A stretch of DNA of 56,915 nucleotides from an uncultured Burkholderiales bacterium (GTDB lineage Bacteria > Pseudomonadota > Gammaproteobacteria > Burkholderiales > Eutrophovitaceae), in assembly GCA_965661885.1 (NCBI GenBank), contig CBFIFN010000001.1, forward strand, positions 1-56,915, read 5' to 3'. The translations under genes and the position numbers were made by a program. The number at the start of each line of letters is the position of its first letter. The stretch's first letter is position 1. Under the pieces are notes generated by a model, which was given only the letters and a program-made list of their open reading frames with translations, ran no database searches and had not been told where the DNA came from. Positions 37,221-46,472 of the stretch are shown here, piece by piece.

Positions 37221-38075
37221 TTAGTGGGTAGTCGCGCGTTCAAACGCGAGTGTGAAAGTCCGCTTGGCAAGCACGCCTGCAATTTTTGTTCGATACTCAA
37301 CGGTACCTCGTTTGTCTTTGATTGGTTTACATGCCGATTCAGCTATCGAAACCAGTTGTTTTATTAAATCTTCATCCGGCACTTTGCCGATAAAAATGTC
37401 CTCTAAACCATTAAGTAAAACTTGTGTGGGAGCTATCGCACCTAGGGATACTCGAATAGAGGTTATTTTTTTGTTTTCATCTACGCTTAGTGATGTGCCT
37501 GCCCCAACCACTGCGATATCCATTTCGCTACGGGGAATCAGGCGCAGGTAGGCATCGCCTGAAGCGTTAGTGGGTTTAGGGAGTTTAAACCCGAGAACAA
37601 ATTCTCCTTTTTCGAGTGCATTAACGCCCGGGGATATCACAATTTTTTCGATTGGTTCCTCGCGCTCGCCTGTTTGTCCGGATATGATGCATGTTCCACT
37701 TGCGGCGATGAGTGCTGGCACGCTATCAGCTGCAGGAGAGGCATTACATAAGTTTCCTCCGAGAGTTGCACGACCTTGAATTTGTGTTGAGCCAATTAAC
37801 GATAATGCCTCCACAACGCCCGGCCAGTCTTTGCTCAAGGATTTATGTTCGACAATTTCAGCACACGGTGTCGCCGCGCCTATCCACCAACTGTCAGCGG
37901 ATTCTTCAATAGTCATAATTTTTGGAATTTGCTTGATGTCAACAACTAAGGTCGGGGTTAAATACTGGGTTTTTAGTTTGACCAGTAAATCGGTTCCCCC
38001 AGCCAGAGCAAATGCGCCTTCTTGAATTAGCGCCTCACTTGCCTCATGTGCGGTTTTTGGTGCGACATAGTCCAT
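37221..38075 (-). CDS. FAD-binding medium subunit of the Mo hydroxylase (CoxM-like); start trimmed to ATG 38075
   Basis: 'DYVAPKTAHEASEAL...LAGGTDL' (FAD_binding_5 type) and 'ATLGGNLCNASPAADS'. A GGAGAA Shine-Dalgarno lies 7 nt before ATG 38075. Confidence 0.8.
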   Translation of the reverse strand: MDYVAPKTAHEASEALIQEGAFALAGGTDLLVKLKTQYLTPTLVVDIKQIPKIMTIEESADSWWIGAATPCAEIVEHKSLSKDWPGVVEALSLIGSTQIQGRATLGGNLCNASPAADSVPALIAASGTCIISGQTGEREEPIEKIVISPGVNALEKGEFVLGFKLPKPTNASGDAYLRLIPRSEMDIAVVGAGTSLSVDENKKITSIRVSLGAIAPTQVLLNGLEDIFIGKVPDEDLIKQLVSIAESACKPIKDKRGTVEYRTKIAGVLAKRTFTLAFERATTH

Positions 38076-38107
38076 GATGCTTTTCTCCGTAAACATTCAT
38101 TAGTGCG

Positions 38108-38125
38108 TTAAGCATATATGCTTAA
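38108..38125. repeat. Perfect 18-bp palindrome TTAAGCATATATGCTTAA, 33 nt upstream of the coxM-like start; candidate operator
   Basis: Read directly from the sequence; it is identical to its own reverse complement. It lies in the only sizeable spacer (38076-38239) between kup and the Mo-hydroxylase operon. Confidence 0.6.
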
Positions 38126-38239
38126 TATTACTTTATTTTTTCATAAGGACTTTAACGTCTCATTTCAGGAAATTGTGTTGCCACACTACTTGCACGTTTC
38201 TCCCAGACTCTTGCGGTATGAAAAATCGTTTTTTGTTGC

Positions 38240-40126
38240 TTATAGTTCGATACGCGTGCCTAGTTCAACAACACGATTAGCTGGTAGTTTGAAAAAGCTA
38301 ATGGCGCTCGATGAGTTTCGCGACATAAGTGCGAACAATTTCTCTCTCCAAAGCGCCATGTCTTTACCTAGCTTGGGAACTAGTGTTTGTCTAGAGAGGA
38401 AATATGACGTTTCCATTGTATTGAACTTTAGCCCAAATGGGGCGCAAAGTTCCAGCGCTGACGGAATGTCCGGTTGATCCTTGAAGCCATAACGAACGAG
38501 AATTTTATGGAATTCGTCAGTAATAGACTCTACTGCGACCCGCTCTTTTCTGGGCACATGCGGTATTTCTTCCGTACGGACAGTCAGCAAAACGATACGT
38601 TCATGGAGAACTTTATTGTGATTTAGGTTGTGGAGCAGGGCGTGAGGTACTGTGTCTGAGGAGGTTGTCATGAAAACGGCTGTGCCTGCAACTCGTTGTG
38701 GTGGATATGCGGCTAGACCTTCTAAAAAGGGCTCAAGTTCGAGGGCGCCAGGAGCCAGCTCGCGAGCAAGCCCTTGGCGCCCTCGATACCAAGTCGTGAA
38801 TAGTGTGAATAGAATTAACCCGATCGTGAATGGGAACCACCCGCCATGTAGAATTTTGACAGAGTTTGCCGAAAATAAAATCAGGTCGAGTGTGAGAAAG
38901 ATAATAGCGATCGGTAGTGCGTACCACCGGCGCCAACCCCACAGGTGAGTGACTACGAAGTATGCCATAACCGTATCAATCGCCATCATGCCAGTGACGG
39001 CAACGCCGTAGGCTCCCGCTAGATTACTTGATGAGCCAAACGTTAAAATTAACAACAATACTGCGGCCAAAAGCATCCAGTTAATCCAAGGCATATAAAT
39101 CTGTCCAATCTCACTCTCAGACGTATGGAATACATCGAGTCTCGGACAATAACCTAATTGAATTGCTTGTCGTGTTAGTGAATATGTACCTGATATCACT
39201 GCTTGAGAGGCAACTACTGTTGCAATGGTTGTCATGCCTATCAGTGGATATAGACCCCATGCGGGGACCATGTTGTAGAAAGGATGAGCTATTGTTTCCG
39301 GTTGGGCGAGAATAAGCGCACCTTGGCCGAAATAATTGAGCAATAAATTTGGCCACACCCATAGAGTCCAAGCTATTCTAATTGGTCTGCGACCAAAATG
39401 ACCCATATCGGTATAAATACCCTCGGTGCCAGTTACTGCCAGCGCGATAGCCCCGATTGCTAGAAATCCAAAAATTTTATTTGTGATAAAAAATTGCGCA
39501 GCGTAAATTGGATTTAAGGCTTTGAAAATCGAAAGGTCTAGCCCGAGATTGATCAACCCCAAAAACCCAAGAACGCCAAACCATATTACAGTTACTGGAC
39601 CGAATAAAGCGCCAACGCCTCCGCTTCCTCGCTGTTGCAACATAAAAAGAAGAATCACAATCAAGATTGTAATGGGCATCACATAGGGTTGAAGCGTTGG
39701 GGTCGCGACTCCAAGCCCTTCAACCGCAGACAACACGGAGATAGCAGGGGTGATAATCCCGTCCCCGTAGAAAAGTGCTGCGCCGAATAGCCCAAGTGCG
39801 ATCAAAAAAAAGCGCTTTTTTGGTTTTTTTTCTGTCGCTTTTAGCACAAGCGCTAATAGCGCCATCATTCCGCCTTCACCCCGGTTGTCGGCTCTCAACA
39901 TGAAGAATACGTACTTCATCGAGACAATCAGGGCGAGAGCCCAAAATATGAGTGACAAGCATCCCAGAATATTTTCCGGTGAGGGTGCAATGCCATAACG
40001 AGGGCTAAACACCTCACGGATGGTATAAATTGGGCTCGTGCCGATATCACCAAAAACAACACCAATCGCGGCAATAGTGAGTGCGGCAATATTTTGTTTG
40101 TGTTTGTCTGGAGAGTTAATATGCAT
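38240..40126 (-). CDS. kup: KUP/HAK/KT family potassium uptake transporter
   Basis: 'IGVVFGDIGTSPIYT', 'NRGEGGMMAL' and 'YGDGIITPAISVLSA' are signature Kup motifs. The protein is 628 aa and polytopic. Confidence 0.95.
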   Translation of the reverse strand: MHINSPDKHKQNIAALTIAAIGVVFGDIGTSPIYTIREVFSPRYGIAPSPENILGCLSLIFWALALIVSMKYVFFMLRADNRGEGGMMALLALVLKATEKKPKKRFFLIALGLFGAALFYGDGIITPAISVLSAVEGLGVATPTLQPYVMPITILIVILLFMLQQRGSGGVGALFGPVTVIWFGVLGFLGLINLGLDLSIFKALNPIYAAQFFITNKIFGFLAIGAIALAVTGTEGIYTDMGHFGRRPIRIAWTLWVWPNLLLNYFGQGALILAQPETIAHPFYNMVPAWGLYPLIGMTTIATVVASQAVISGTYSLTRQAIQLGYCPRLDVFHTSESEIGQIYMPWINWMLLAAVLLLILTFGSSSNLAGAYGVAVTGMMAIDTVMAYFVVTHLWGWRRWYALPIAIIFLTLDLILFSANSVKILHGGWFPFTIGLILFTLFTTWYRGRQGLARELAPGALELEPFLEGLAAYPPQRVAGTAVFMTTSSDTVPHALLHNLNHNKVLHERIVLLTVRTEEIPHVPRKERVAVESITDEFHKILVRYGFKDQPDIPSALELCAPFGLKFNTMETSYFLSRQTLVPKLGKDMALWREKLFALMSRNSSSAISFFKLPANRVVELGTRIEL

Positions 40127-40272
40127 ACAAGGTTTTCAGATTTATTCGTTCGTTTTTTTAACTTTAAATTCTTTAAACGAAAACATTTTTTTGTGCCACG
40201 TAGTTAAACTATAAGATCATTGACCCCGCAACCGGTCGGGTATGCTGGCGATATTATACCCAGGAGGCTTTT

Positions 40273-40653
40273 ATGGCGAATCTAAAGATACACACTAAAT
40301 CTGCACCTGCAGCACTAGGGGCGTATTCACAAGCAGTGCGAACAGGCTCGAATGTTTACATATCAGGTCAATTAGGTCTCGAGCCAGGCTCTGATGTCCT
40401 AGCAACAAATTTTGTAGATCAAGCTCGACAGGCTTTCAAAAATATAGAGGTTATATTGGAAGAAACCGACGGTCGGTTAAACAATGTTGTTAAATTTACT
40501 GTTTTTATGACAGATTTGAGTGATTTTAAGGATTTGAATGAGCTGATGGGTGAATTATTCATCAATGACTATTTTCCCGCTCGGTCGGTGGTTGAAGTCT
40601 CTCGATTACCGAAAGACGCGTTAATCGAAATAGATGCTATTGCGAGTCACTAG
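40273..40653 (+). CDS. ridA: RidA/YjgF family reactive-intermediate deaminase
   Basis: 'APAALGAYSQAV...NVYISGQLG' and 'PARSVVEVSRLPKDALIEIDAIA'. Confidence 0.85.
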   Translation: MANLKIHTKSAPAALGAYSQAVRTGSNVYISGQLGLEPGSDVLATNFVDQARQAFKNIEVILEETDGRLNNVVKFTVFMTDLSDFKDLNELMGELFINDYFPARSVVEVSRLPKDALIEIDAIASH

Positions 40654-40688
40654 TTTTAGTTATTAAGTGAATTAGTAAACTGTATGTT

Positions 40689-42767
40689 ATGAAAAAATCA
40701 GGGAATCCTGTTGTTAGTCAATTTAATCCCCTCAGTCAGGTTTCTACCCCGGCAGTCAGTGCAAAACTCAGTCGATTGGGTATATCGCGACCACAAGACC
40801 TGTTGGTTTTTTTTCCGATTCGATACGAAGATGAAACCCAGGTTTATGAAATTATGGGCGCCCCAGAGCGCGAACCTGTGCAGATCGAAGTTACCGTGAT
40901 CCAAGCTAAAGTAGAATTTCGTCCTCGGCGACAGTTAGTTGTCACGGTCGAGGATTGTTCCGGTAGAGCGATCTTTCGTTTTCTTCATTTTTATCCTAGT
41001 CAGCAGCGGGCTCTTGAGCCCGGCGCAAGAATCCGCGCCCTTGGTGAGTTTAGACCGGGCCGGCAACGGACAAGAGAAATGGTGCATCCCAAATGTAAAA
41101 AGCTTGTAAATCATGATCAATTACCAACTACGCTAACGCCAGTTTATGCAACTACTAAAGGTCTGACACAACCGGCGATAAGAAAAGCGGTCACGCGTGC
41201 ATTTGAAATCGTAGACCAAGTAGACACGCTTTCGTTGAAACAGCTAAAAGACTTAGGGTTACCTAGTTTTTCTGATGCAGTCACTACATTACACCGGCCC
41301 ACTTCGGATATTGACCAGTCTTTACTAAAAAATCGTCGGGGACCGCTCTGGGCGCGCGTTAGTTTTGATGAGCTTCTAGCGCAGCAACTCATCATGCGCC
41401 AAAATTACGACAAGAGAGAAAAATATTCCGCGCCGATCATGCAGCCCGGAAGTACTCGTATAAAAAAATTTTTATCTACGCTTGAGTTTGAGCTTACTAA
41501 GGCACAAAAGAAGGCGCTTTCAGAAATTCAGGCTGACATGTCTAATCGAGTGCCCATGAGGCGCCTTTTACAAGGTGATGTAGGCAGTGGTAAGACGGTA
41601 GTATCCGCTCTAGCAGCTTTGCAAGCCATAGAGGCGGGTTATCAAGTTGCCCTTATGGTTCCAACTGAAATCTTATCTGAGCAACACTTTAAAAAAATCG
41701 AAGGATGGTTGACGATTTTAGGAATTAAGGTCGAGCGTTTGACTGGAAGTATGGGTAAAAAAGATCGAGCCTTTATCAGGAGCAATATAAAGACGGGGTC
41801 AGCGCAAATTGTTGTAGGCACTCATGCCTTATTCCAGAGTGACGTGGTATTTAAGAATTTAGGGTTAGTGATTATCGATGAGCAGCATAGATTTGGGGTT
41901 AAACAGCGGCTCGCCTTGATTGACAAGGGGGCGGACCGGATGAATCAAACGCATCAGTTAATGATGAGTGCTACGCCCATACCAAGGTCCCTAGCTATGA
42001 GCTTCTTTGGAGACTTAGATGTTTCTGTCATAGATGAATTACCTCCTGGCCGTGTGCCGATTACCACTAAGTTAGTTAACAATAGTCGCAGACAAGAAGT
42101 TTTTGATCGCGTGAAAGACACTTGCCATCTAGGCCAGCAGGTTTACTGGGTTTGTCCATTGATAGAGGAATCCGAAACACTGCAGCTTGAAACTGCTCTA
42201 GAGACATTTAAAACCATTCAAGGTGAATTTCCGAATTTGCGGATCGGTATTGTTCACGGAAGAATGAAAGCTCATGAGAAGTCAAAGATTATGGAAGAGT
42301 TTTCAAAAGGTGACGTGCATCTTCTGGTCGCAACCTCTGTCATTGAAGTGGGGGTTGATGTTCCAAATGCCACGGTCATGGTTATTGAAAATGCTGAGAG
42401 GATGGGTTTATCGCAGCTGCATCAACTGAGAGGGCGGATTGGTCGAGGATCTGCTGCAAGCACTTGTATTTTGTTATACAGCTCCAGGTTGACGGATACA
42501 GCACGGTTAAGATTAAAAATTATTTATGAAAATATTGACGGTTTTGAAGTTGCTCGCGCTGATCTTGAGTTACGGGGGCCAGGAGAAGTGCTCGGAGCGA
42601 GGCAGTCTGGAATGCCAATGCTTCGTTATGCCGACCTAGAAAGGGATGCTGATTTATTGTTGAAGGCAGAACGAATGGCCTCAGAATTTTTATTGCATCA
42701 TCCTGCGCAGGCAAGACTGCATATCGATAGGTGGTATGGATCGCGCGAGAAACTTGTGGAGGTATAG
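40689..42767 (+). CDS. recG: ATP-dependent DNA helicase RecG
   Basis: 'RRLLQGDVGSGKT', 'IIDEQHRFGV', 'MSATPIPR' and 'HQLRGRIGRG', plus an N-terminal wedge domain. Confidence 0.95.
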   Translation: MKKSGNPVVSQFNPLSQVSTPAVSAKLSRLGISRPQDLLVFFPIRYEDETQVYEIMGAPEREPVQIEVTVIQAKVEFRPRRQLVVTVEDCSGRAIFRFLHFYPSQQRALEPGARIRALGEFRPGRQRTREMVHPKCKKLVNHDQLPTTLTPVYATTKGLTQPAIRKAVTRAFEIVDQVDTLSLKQLKDLGLPSFSDAVTTLHRPTSDIDQSLLKNRRGPLWARVSFDELLAQQLIMRQNYDKREKYSAPIMQPGSTRIKKFLSTLEFELTKAQKKALSEIQADMSNRVPMRRLLQGDVGSGKTVVSALAALQAIEAGYQVALMVPTEILSEQHFKKIEGWLTILGIKVERLTGSMGKKDRAFIRSNIKTGSAQIVVGTHALFQSDVVFKNLGLVIIDEQHRFGVKQRLALIDKGADRMNQTHQLMMSATPIPRSLAMSFFGDLDVSVIDELPPGRVPITTKLVNNSRRQEVFDRVKDTCHLGQQVYWVCPLIEESETLQLETALETFKTIQGEFPNLRIGIVHGRMKAHEKSKIMEEFSKGDVHLLVATSVIEVGVDVPNATVMVIENAERMGLSQLHQLRGRIGRGSAASTCILLYSSRLTDTARLRLKIIYENIDGFEVARADLELRGPGEVLGARQSGMPMLRYADLERDADLLLKAERMASEFLLHHPAQARLHIDRWYGSREKLVEV

Positions 42768-42772
42768 AGGAC

Positions 42773-43648
42773 GTGGTCAATCATATCCGGCCTAAATTAT
42801 TTGCTTACTATCGGCTAATCCGACTCGATAAACCCATCGGATCTTTGTTACTGCTTTGGCCGACTCTTTGGGCGCTATGGATGTCGAGCGAAGGGAGCCC
42901 AGACGTCAAAATTTTATTGGTTTATGTGGTGGGTACGTTTTTGATGCGTTCGGCCGGGTGTGCGCTTAACGACTACGCAGATAGACATTTTGACCCTCAC
43001 GTAAAAAGAACCGCCACGCGGCCACTTGCGACTGGAGAAATAGCTCCTTGGGAGGCGCTAGTTTTAGCGGTGCTTCTGTTGTTGGTGGCATTTAGTTTGG
43101 TATTAACGCTTAATTTGTTAACGATTAAGCTGTCATTTGCAGCACTATTTTTTGCTTTTACTTATCCGTACGTAAAAAGATTCTTCTCTATGCCTCAAGC
43201 TTACTTGGGCATTACTTTCGGTTTTGGCATTCCAATGGCTTGGGCTTCGACGTCGGATAGTGTCTCGGGAGTGGCTTTATTGCTTATGTTATCGAATTTT
43301 TTTTGGGTTATTGCTTACGATACGCAATACGCCATGGTTGATCGTGACGACGACGTTAATATCAGCATAAAAACTTCAGCGATATTATTCGGTAAATATG
43401 ACATTTTATTCATAATTCTATTTCAAGCAGCATTTCTACTTACCTTAATCTGGGTAGGAATGATGGTCGGATTAGGTGTTCTCTATTTCTTTGGGATTTT
43501 CTTGGCGGCACTCGCTGTTGGGTCGCAGTACTCAATGATTAAGTTTCGCTCACGTGGAGGTTGTTTGAGGGCTTTTAGGCGGAATGGTCTTGTAGGAGGT
43601 ATTATTTTTTTTGGAATACTCGCGGACGCTTTAGTCATCATAAAGTGA
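42773..43648 (+). CDS. ubiA: 4-hydroxybenzoate polyprenyltransferase (probable GTG start at 42773, just after the recG stop)
   Basis: '[24 protein letters not shown]' matches E. coli UbiA '[24 protein letters not shown]'. 'NDYADRHFD' is also present. Confidence 0.85.
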   Translation: [291 protein letters not shown]

Positions 43649-43700
43649 CGAAATCATTTTTTATCATCCCACAATAATTGAGTGTTACAATCGTTTCATA

Positions 43701-43742
43701 GGTAAATTAAGTTTTAAAATTCAAACTAATTTACCGCTTTTT
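43701..43742 (+). terminator. AT-rich hairpin plus T-run; possible ubiA terminator
   Basis: ggtaaatta (43701-43709) pairs with taatttacc (43727-43735), and an inner gttt/aaac extends the stem. 'gcTTTTT' follows. Confidence 0.45.
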
Positions 43743-43849
43743 GGTCGTAGACGTGACAAGTCAGTATTAACTTAACGCTCATTGTTAGTTTAAATACGAG
43801 TAATGTTTGTATGGGACCAGTGTGTAGTGAACGGAAGGGAGAGCATTAA

Positions 43850-44167
43850 ATGAAGAAAGTCGTTTTAACATGTGTCATGGCGTTTGGCCTCAGTCTTGTA
43901 TCAACTGTTCAGGCAAGTGATGTAGAGGCGCTGGCGAAGAGTAAAAATTGTTTAAGTTGCCATGCTGTTGATAAGAAGCTAGTAGGACCCGCTTATCAGG
44001 AAATCGCAAAGGGAAAAGACCCCAAAGGTGGCGAAATAACCATCGAGAGGTTAGTTAAATCCATTAAGGGCGGGAGCATGGGTAAGTGGGGACCAATCCC
44101 TATGCCGCCTAATCCAGTAACAGATGACGAGGCCAAGCAGCTTGCCGAGTGGATCATGTCACTTTAA
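43850..44167 (+). CDS. Periplasmic class I cytochrome c (c551/c552 type)
   Basis: Signal peptide ending 'TVQA'. 'CLSCHAVDKKLVGPAYQEIA' and 'GSMGKWGPIPMPPN' match Pseudomonas c551 'CVACHAIDTKMVGPAYKDVA...GVWGPIPMPPN'. Confidence 0.85.
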   Translation: MKKVVLTCVMAFGLSLVSTVQASDVEALAKSKNCLSCHAVDKKLVGPAYQEIAKGKDPKGGEITIERLVKSIKGGSMGKWGPIPMPPNPVTDDEAKQLAEWIMSL

Positions 44168-44183
44168 AGTGGCCGAGATTCGG

Positions 44184-44211
44184 AAAAGCCGGCTTTAAGC
44201 CGGCTTTTTTT
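44184..44211 (+). terminator. Rho-independent terminator of the cytochrome c gene
   Basis: aaaagccggc / gccggctttt stem with a 5-nt loop, running into a T7 tract. Confidence 0.8.
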
Positions 44212-44242
44212 ATGTTTGCTTGATAAAGTAAGTGTTTAGAAA

Positions 44243-44270
44243 TTGACACAGTTTGTTCCACTGTTACTAT
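44243..44270 (+). promoter_or_regulatory. Candidate sigma70 promoter of the liv operon
   Basis: A perfect -35 TTGACA (44243-44248), a 16-nt spacer, then TACTAT (44265-44270). The spacer holds a 5-bp inverted repeat, ACAGT..ACTGT. The element is about 60 nt upstream of the livK-like start. Confidence 0.4.
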
Positions 44271-44330
44271 TAACCGCATTCAGATGTTATTCGTAATTTC
44301 GAGAGAAAAATAAGCCGAGGGGTGGAGAAA

Positions 44331-45485
44331 ATGTTGGCAAGACATATATTTACAATTATCGTAACAACAGGTTTGCTGTTTGGGTGTGGTTCGGAAAATG
44401 AAACAAACGATGGGCGTAAAATTGTAAACATCGGACATGTGGGTCCGCTCACGGGTCCTATTTCTCATCTTGGGAAGGACAATGAGCGTGGGGCTAGCTT
44501 GGCTGTAGACGAGGCTAACCAACTGGCAATCGTGATTGGAGGTCAACCCATCGAATTCCGTTTAATTTCTCAGGATGATGAGGCTAACCCACAAAAGGCT
44601 ACGGTTGTCGCGCAGAAGTTGGTGGACTCCGATGTGGTGGGAGTTGTTGGACACCTAAATTCCGGTACAACGATCCCGGCATCAACAGTTTATTATGACT
44701 CGAACGTGCCGCAGGTTTCTCCCTCCGCGACGGCGATCGACTACACCCATCAAGGCTACGAAACAGCATTTCGCGTAATGGCAAATGACGAGCAGCAGGG
44801 CAAGGTTTTGGGCGATTACGCGGTGAAAACCTTGGGGGCTCGAAATATCGCAATTATTGATGACCGTAGCGCTTACGGAAAAGGGTTGGCAGACGAATTT
44901 GAGAAAGCTGTAATAGAGGCCGGCGGTAAAATTTTGACGCGAGAATTTACAGACATTACAAAAACCGACTTCACAGCAATTTTAACCACAATAAAAGGGC
45001 TTAATCCAGATTTGATATTTTATGGTGGCATGGATTCTCAGGCCGGCCCGATGATGAAGCAAATAAAAAATCTAGCTCTAACAGTTGAGTTTCTTGCTGG
45101 AGATGGAGTGCAAACAAAACAGTTCATGGTGTTGTCCGGCGCTGAGGGTGAAGGTGCCTATGCTTCTTCTCCTGGCTTGCCTCTTGACCAAATGGCTGGT
45201 GGTAAAGAGTTCAGGGAGAAGTTTAAACAAGTCTATCGTGAAGATATTCAGCTTTATGCCCCTTTCGCTTACGATGCTGCTTTTGTCATGATTAATGCAA
45301 TCATGCGAGCCGATTCGACAGACCCAAAGATATATGCACCACTTCTTCGGGGCACAGATTTTCCGGGCGTGACTGGTCGGATTCGATTCGATGATCGAGG
45401 TGACCTCAAAGGCGGCAGTATAAGTATTTACCGAGTCACCAACGGCGAGTGGGCTTACATAGAGACGATAAACGGCAGTGATTAA
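44331..45485 (+). CDS. Branched-chain amino acid ABC transporter substrate-binding protein (LivK/BraC family), predicted lipoprotein
   Basis: Lipobox 'LLFGC' after a hydrophobic N-terminus. 'IGHVGPLTG', 'VVGVVGHLNSG' and 'DDRSAYGKGLAD' are type-1 periplasmic binding fold motifs. livHMGF follows. Confidence 0.8.
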   Translation: MLARHIFTIIVTTGLLFGCGSENETNDGRKIVNIGHVGPLTGPISHLGKDNERGASLAVDEANQLAIVIGGQPIEFRLISQDDEANPQKATVVAQKLVDSDVVGVVGHLNSGTTIPASTVYYDSNVPQVSPSATAIDYTHQGYETAFRVMANDEQQGKVLGDYAVKTLGARNIAIIDDRSAYGKGLADEFEKAVIEAGGKILTREFTDITKTDFTAILTTIKGLNPDLIFYGGMDSQAGPMMKQIKNLALTVEFLAGDGVQTKQFMVLSGAEGEGAYASSPGLPLDQMAGGKEFREKFKQVYREDIQLYAPFAYDAAFVMINAIMRADSTDPKIYAPLLRGTDFPGVTGRIRFDDRGDLKGGSISIYRVTNGEWAYIETINGSD

Positions 45486-45542
45486 TGTGAATGGGGCCCA
45501 CCGTATATTGAGTTGACGTTCTTAATAGGCCCGTATGACACG

Positions 45543-46472
45543 ATGGATATATTTGCGCAACAGGTTTTAAATGGATTGGTTCTAGGAAGCGTTTACGCGT
45601 TAGTTGCCTTGGGCTATACGATGGTTTATGGGATTCTCGGCCTAATCAATTTTGCACACGGTGAAGTAGTTATGATTGGCGCAATGGTTGCGCTCGCAGT
45701 CGTTTTATTTCTCACTTCAATCTCGCCAGGTTTGAGCCCTTTTCTGGTGATTGTATTTGCAGGAATTCTGGCGATTCTTGTTTGCATGGCACTTGCGTTT
45801 TTTGTTGAACGTCTAGCCTATCGGCCCTTGCGAAATGCACCTCGACTGGCGCCGTTGATCACCGCAATTGGAATATCAATCCTACTTCAAAACCTTGCAA
45901 TGATTATTTGGGGTAGAAAATATAAAACGGTACCAGAGATATTTCCTAAAGAAACATTTGAAATTTATGGCGCGAGTATCACCACCGTGCAAATATTCAT
46001 CATTGCGGTATCGGCTGCCATCATGGCTGGCCTGCTCGTTATAGTTCATTTTACGAAACTTGGACGAGCAATGCGCGCGACGTCGGAAAGTCAACGGATT
46101 GCTGGATTAATGGGCATTAATGTCAATAAAATTATTTCGGTAACGTTTATGATCGGAGCTGCTTTAGCCGCGGTTGCCGGTATATTAGTCGCAGCGAATT
46201 ATAGTGTAGCTCACTACTCGATGGGGTTTATGCTTGGACTAAAAGCATTTACTGCAGCGGTTCTTGGCGGGATTGGTAATCTTGGTGGCGCAGTTCTCGG
46301 CGGATTATTACTTGGGCTTATCGAGAGCATTGGTGCTGGTTATATTGGAGATCTTACCGGCGGCTTTTTGGGGAGCCATTATCAAGACGTTTTTGCATTT
46401 GTCGTGTTGATTGTAGTTCTAGTGTTTAGACCTACAGGGATTATGGGTGAGCGTGTATCGGAGCGCGCATGA
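45543..46472 (+). CDS. livH: Branched-chain amino acid ABC transporter permease LivH (start trimmed to ATG 45543)
   Basis: 'FAQQVLNGLVLGSVYALVALGYTMVYG' matches E. coli LivH 'FLQQMFNGVTLGSTYALIAIGYTMVYG'. Confidence 0.9.
   Translation: MDIFAQQVLNGLVLGSVYALVALGYTMVYGILGLINFAHGEVVMIGAMVALAVVLFLTSISPGLSPFLVIVFAGILAILVCMALAFFVERLAYRPLRNAPRLAPLITAIGISILLQNLAMIIWGRKYKTVPEIFPKETFEIYGASITTVQIFIIAVSAAIMAGLLVIVHFTKLGRAMRATSESQRIAGLMGINVNKIISVTFMIGAALAAVAGILVAANYSVAHYSMGFMLGLKAFTAAVLGGIGNLGGAVLGGLLLGLIESIGAGYIGDLTGGFLGSHYQDVFAFVVLIVVLVFRPTGIMGERVSERA

Noticed and set aside
34416-38075. Calling the coxM/S/L-like genes an aerobic carbon monoxide dehydrogenase.
   Set aside because: The large subunit lacks the 'AYxCSFR' active-site loop with the Cu-ligating Cys (it has 'AYRAPGG'). 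There are also no coxD/E/F/G accessory genes. Only the generic xanthine-oxidase-family call is supported.
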